DNA from: an uncultured Pseudomonadales bacterium
Lineage (GTDB): Bacteria > Patescibacteriota > Microgenomatia > UBA1400 > CAYNMC01
Direction of reading: 5' to 3'
Assembly (NCBI GenBank): GCA_964398365.1
Contig: CAYNMC010000037.1
Span: forward strand, 7,812-71,811
DNA: 64,000 nucleotides
In this document: positions 62,480 to 64,000 of the stretch, piece after piece
How positions within the stretch are numbered: position 1 is the first letter of the stretch
How the letters are laid out: each line of letters starts with the position of its first letter
Program-made: the position numbers and the translations under genes
Notes under the pieces: model-generated
What the model saw: only the letters and a program-made list of their open reading frames with translations
Told to the model about the DNA's origin: nothing
Database searches by the model: none

Positions 62480-64000
62480 TTAAGTCTTTATTTTTAAACT
62501 AAGTTCATTATAACTCAAAGTATTAAGAATGTCAGCCTTGGTGGCCCAACCTCGTCTAGCTGTCCAAACACCATATCTTATCAATTCCATGTCTTCAACA
62601 CTATGACTATCAGTTGTCACCACCAACTTTACTCCTACTTTCACTGCCTCTCTTATTAAAAAATCGGGTAAATCAAGTCTATCTGGCCACGCATTAATTT
62701 CTAGATACTTATGATTTTTTAAACAAAATTCAAAAATTTTCTCCCAATCAAGCTCATAACCCTCTCTTTTTAAAAGCTTTCTTCCGGTCGGATGGCCTAA
62801 AATTTTCACTTTAGGATGATCCAAGGCCCTCAAAACTCTTTGGGTCATTTTTTGTCTATTCAAACGAAAACTACTATGAACAGAAACGATGGCAAAATCT
62901 AACAAATCCAAAGCTTCATCGGAAATTGCTCTTTTTCCGTCCGGTCTAATATCTATTTCTAAAGAATTAAATATGAATATTTTTTTTACTCTATTTTTTC
63001 TTTCCTTTTCTTTAGAGTATAAAAATTGATCTATATATTCTTTTTTCCTTTTAATTAAATCAATAATTTCTGAATTTGAATGAAAGTTAAGGCTGGGATT
63101 ATGTTCACTTAAAGCAAGATATTCATAACCTAACTTTTCTCCTTTTTGATAAATCTCGGCTAACGAAGAAGTTCCTATATCGTGACTGGTCTCAATATTA
63201 AAATCGGAATGAAGATGGAGATCTCCTTTTATTTCTTTTAATTCAACTAATTTTGGCAGCTGGTTCTTTTGGGCTAACTCTATCTCTCCATAATTTTCCC
63301 GTAATTCTGGTGGTATCCAAACCATACCCAAAGCCTGATAAAAACCTTCTTCAGTCTCATAGCTTTGTCTTTGATGACTTTGTTTCTTTTTAATCCCGTG
63401 TTCAGATAAAGACAAACCTTTCTTTAAAGCTATTTCCCTTAAAGCAATATTATGTTGTTTTGAACCGGTGAAATGCTGCAGTAACGAACCAAAAGCCGCT
63501 GGTCTTTCCACCATAAGATCAACTTGAATGTTGCCGGAAAGCAAGGCACGGGCTTTATTCTCGCCAGCTTCAATTATTTTTAACCATTTAGGATAACGAA
63601 TAAACCAGTCAATAACAGCCTTTTTATCTTTGCTCGCCACGGCAATATCAATATCACCCACGGTGGCACAATGACGTCGCAAACTTCCCAAAGTTTCTGC
63701 CTTAATTACTAGAGGTTGAAGTTTAAGATAATTTAAAATTGCCTCTGCTCGACTAAAAGCTACTGGTAAAAGTAAACGTTTCTCGGTTCTGCCATATTCA
63801 CTTAAGGCTTTTAAAATTTTTTGGGCCGACTGTTCCCCAAATCCCGCGATATTTTTCAATTTTCCTGACTTAACCGCTTTTTTTAGTTCTTTTAAAGCTG
63901 TTTCCCTTTTTTTGATTTTTAATTCTTGACAAAGCTTGAAAGCGGTTTTAGGACCGATTCCTGGAATTAATAAAAACTCAAACATCGCCGGCGGTAAACC
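62480..64000 (-). CDS. polX: family X DNA polymerase with a C-terminal PHP domain; N-terminus beyond the window
   Basis: HhH IPGIGPKTAFKL, a pol-beta-like palm (GSLRRHCATVGDIDIAV) and a PHP domain (GDLHLHSDF...SEHNP). The frame stays open (GLPPA) upstream of the Met at 63985 to the window edge. Confidence 0.8.
   Translation of the reverse strand, partial: GLPPAMFEFLLIPGIGPKTAFKLCQELKIKKRETALKELKKAVKSGKLKNIAGFGEQSAQKILKALSEYGRTEKRLLLPVAFSRAEAILNYLKLQPLVIKAETLGSLRRHCATVGDIDIAVASKDKKAVIDWFIRYPKWLKIIEAGENKARALLSGNIQVDLMVERPAAFGSLLQHFTGSKQHNIALREIALKKGLSLSEHGIKKKQSHQRQSYETEEGFYQALGMVWIPPELRENYGEIELAQKNQLPKLVELKEIKGDLHLHSDFNIETSHDIGTSSLAEIYQKGEKLGYEYLALSEHNPSLNFHSNSEIIDLIKRKKEYIDQFLYSKEKERKNRVKKIFIFNSLEIDIRPDGKRAISDEALDLLDFAIVSVHSSFRLNRQKMTQRVLRALDHPKVKILGHPTGRKLLKREGYELDWEKIFEFCLKNHKYLEINAWPDRLDLPDFLIREAVKVGVKLVVTTDSHSVEDMELIRYGVWTARRGWATKADILNTLSYNELSLKIKT

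Noticed and set aside
1-64000. Alternative genetic code (UGA recoded, as in some candidate phyla), CRISPR arrays, rRNA, tmRNA, RNase P RNA or SRP RNA.
   Set aside because: Conserved genes terminate cleanly at TGA (for example carB and the aminotransferase) with normal lengths. No regularly spaced repeats or conserved ncRNA core motifs were seen in any intergenic region.

Overview
This is a dense, AT-rich bacterial window of about 60 protein genes and 10 tRNAs. There is no rRNA, no CRISPR array and no intact mobile element. The standard genetic code fits, because long ORFs end in TGA, TAA or TAG. Many start and stop codons overlap, Shine-Dalgarno sequences are mostly absent, and several genes are archaeal-type (Elp3, bifunctional PGI/PMI, two-subunit 2-oxoacid:ferredoxin oxidoreductase, type-2 PyrF, IPCT/DIPPS-like fusion). 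This suggests a small-genome uncultivated bacterium of the Patescibacteria/CPR type, which is inference only. There are three blocks. (1) 1-12.6 kb is a mixed region: a NYN gene bracketed by a perfect 74-bp repeat, a four-tRNA array, two ATP-grasp ligases, a class IV aminotransferase, an orphan PP-loop-like protein, Elp3, a Trm9-like methyltransferase, a nucleotidyltransferase/CDP-alcohol phosphatidyltransferase fusion and a degraded stretch next to tRNA-Lys. (2) 12.6-30.3 kb on the plus strand holds ruvC, holA-like and a sugar-phosphate, lower-glycolysis and acetate cluster (PMM, PGI/PMI, ppsA, eno, gpmI, PfkB kinase, AMP-forming Acs, OFOR alpha/beta). (3) 36.7-64 kb on the minus strand holds a 13-gene pyrimidine super-operon, then carAB, dnaE, gatCAB, clpB, htpX, lemA and polX. 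The most interesting candidates are: (a) an Elongator-type wobble-uridine module (Elp3, a divergent Trm9-like methyltransferase and an uncharacterised PP-loop-like gene followed by tRNA-Arg-UCU) in a bacterium; (b) a divergent GTP-cyclohydrolase-II-like gene translationally overlapped with a second, diverged OMP-decarboxylase paralog at the head of the pyr operon, which also carries an orphan 6-phospho-3-hexuloisomerase; (c) a leader with two terminator-like hairpins and a 26-codon uORF upstream of that operon; (d) widespread leaderless-mRNA geometry, including a tRNA-Glu whose encoded CCA overlaps the secG ATG. All functional calls come from reading the translations and motifs by eye. No database search was run.
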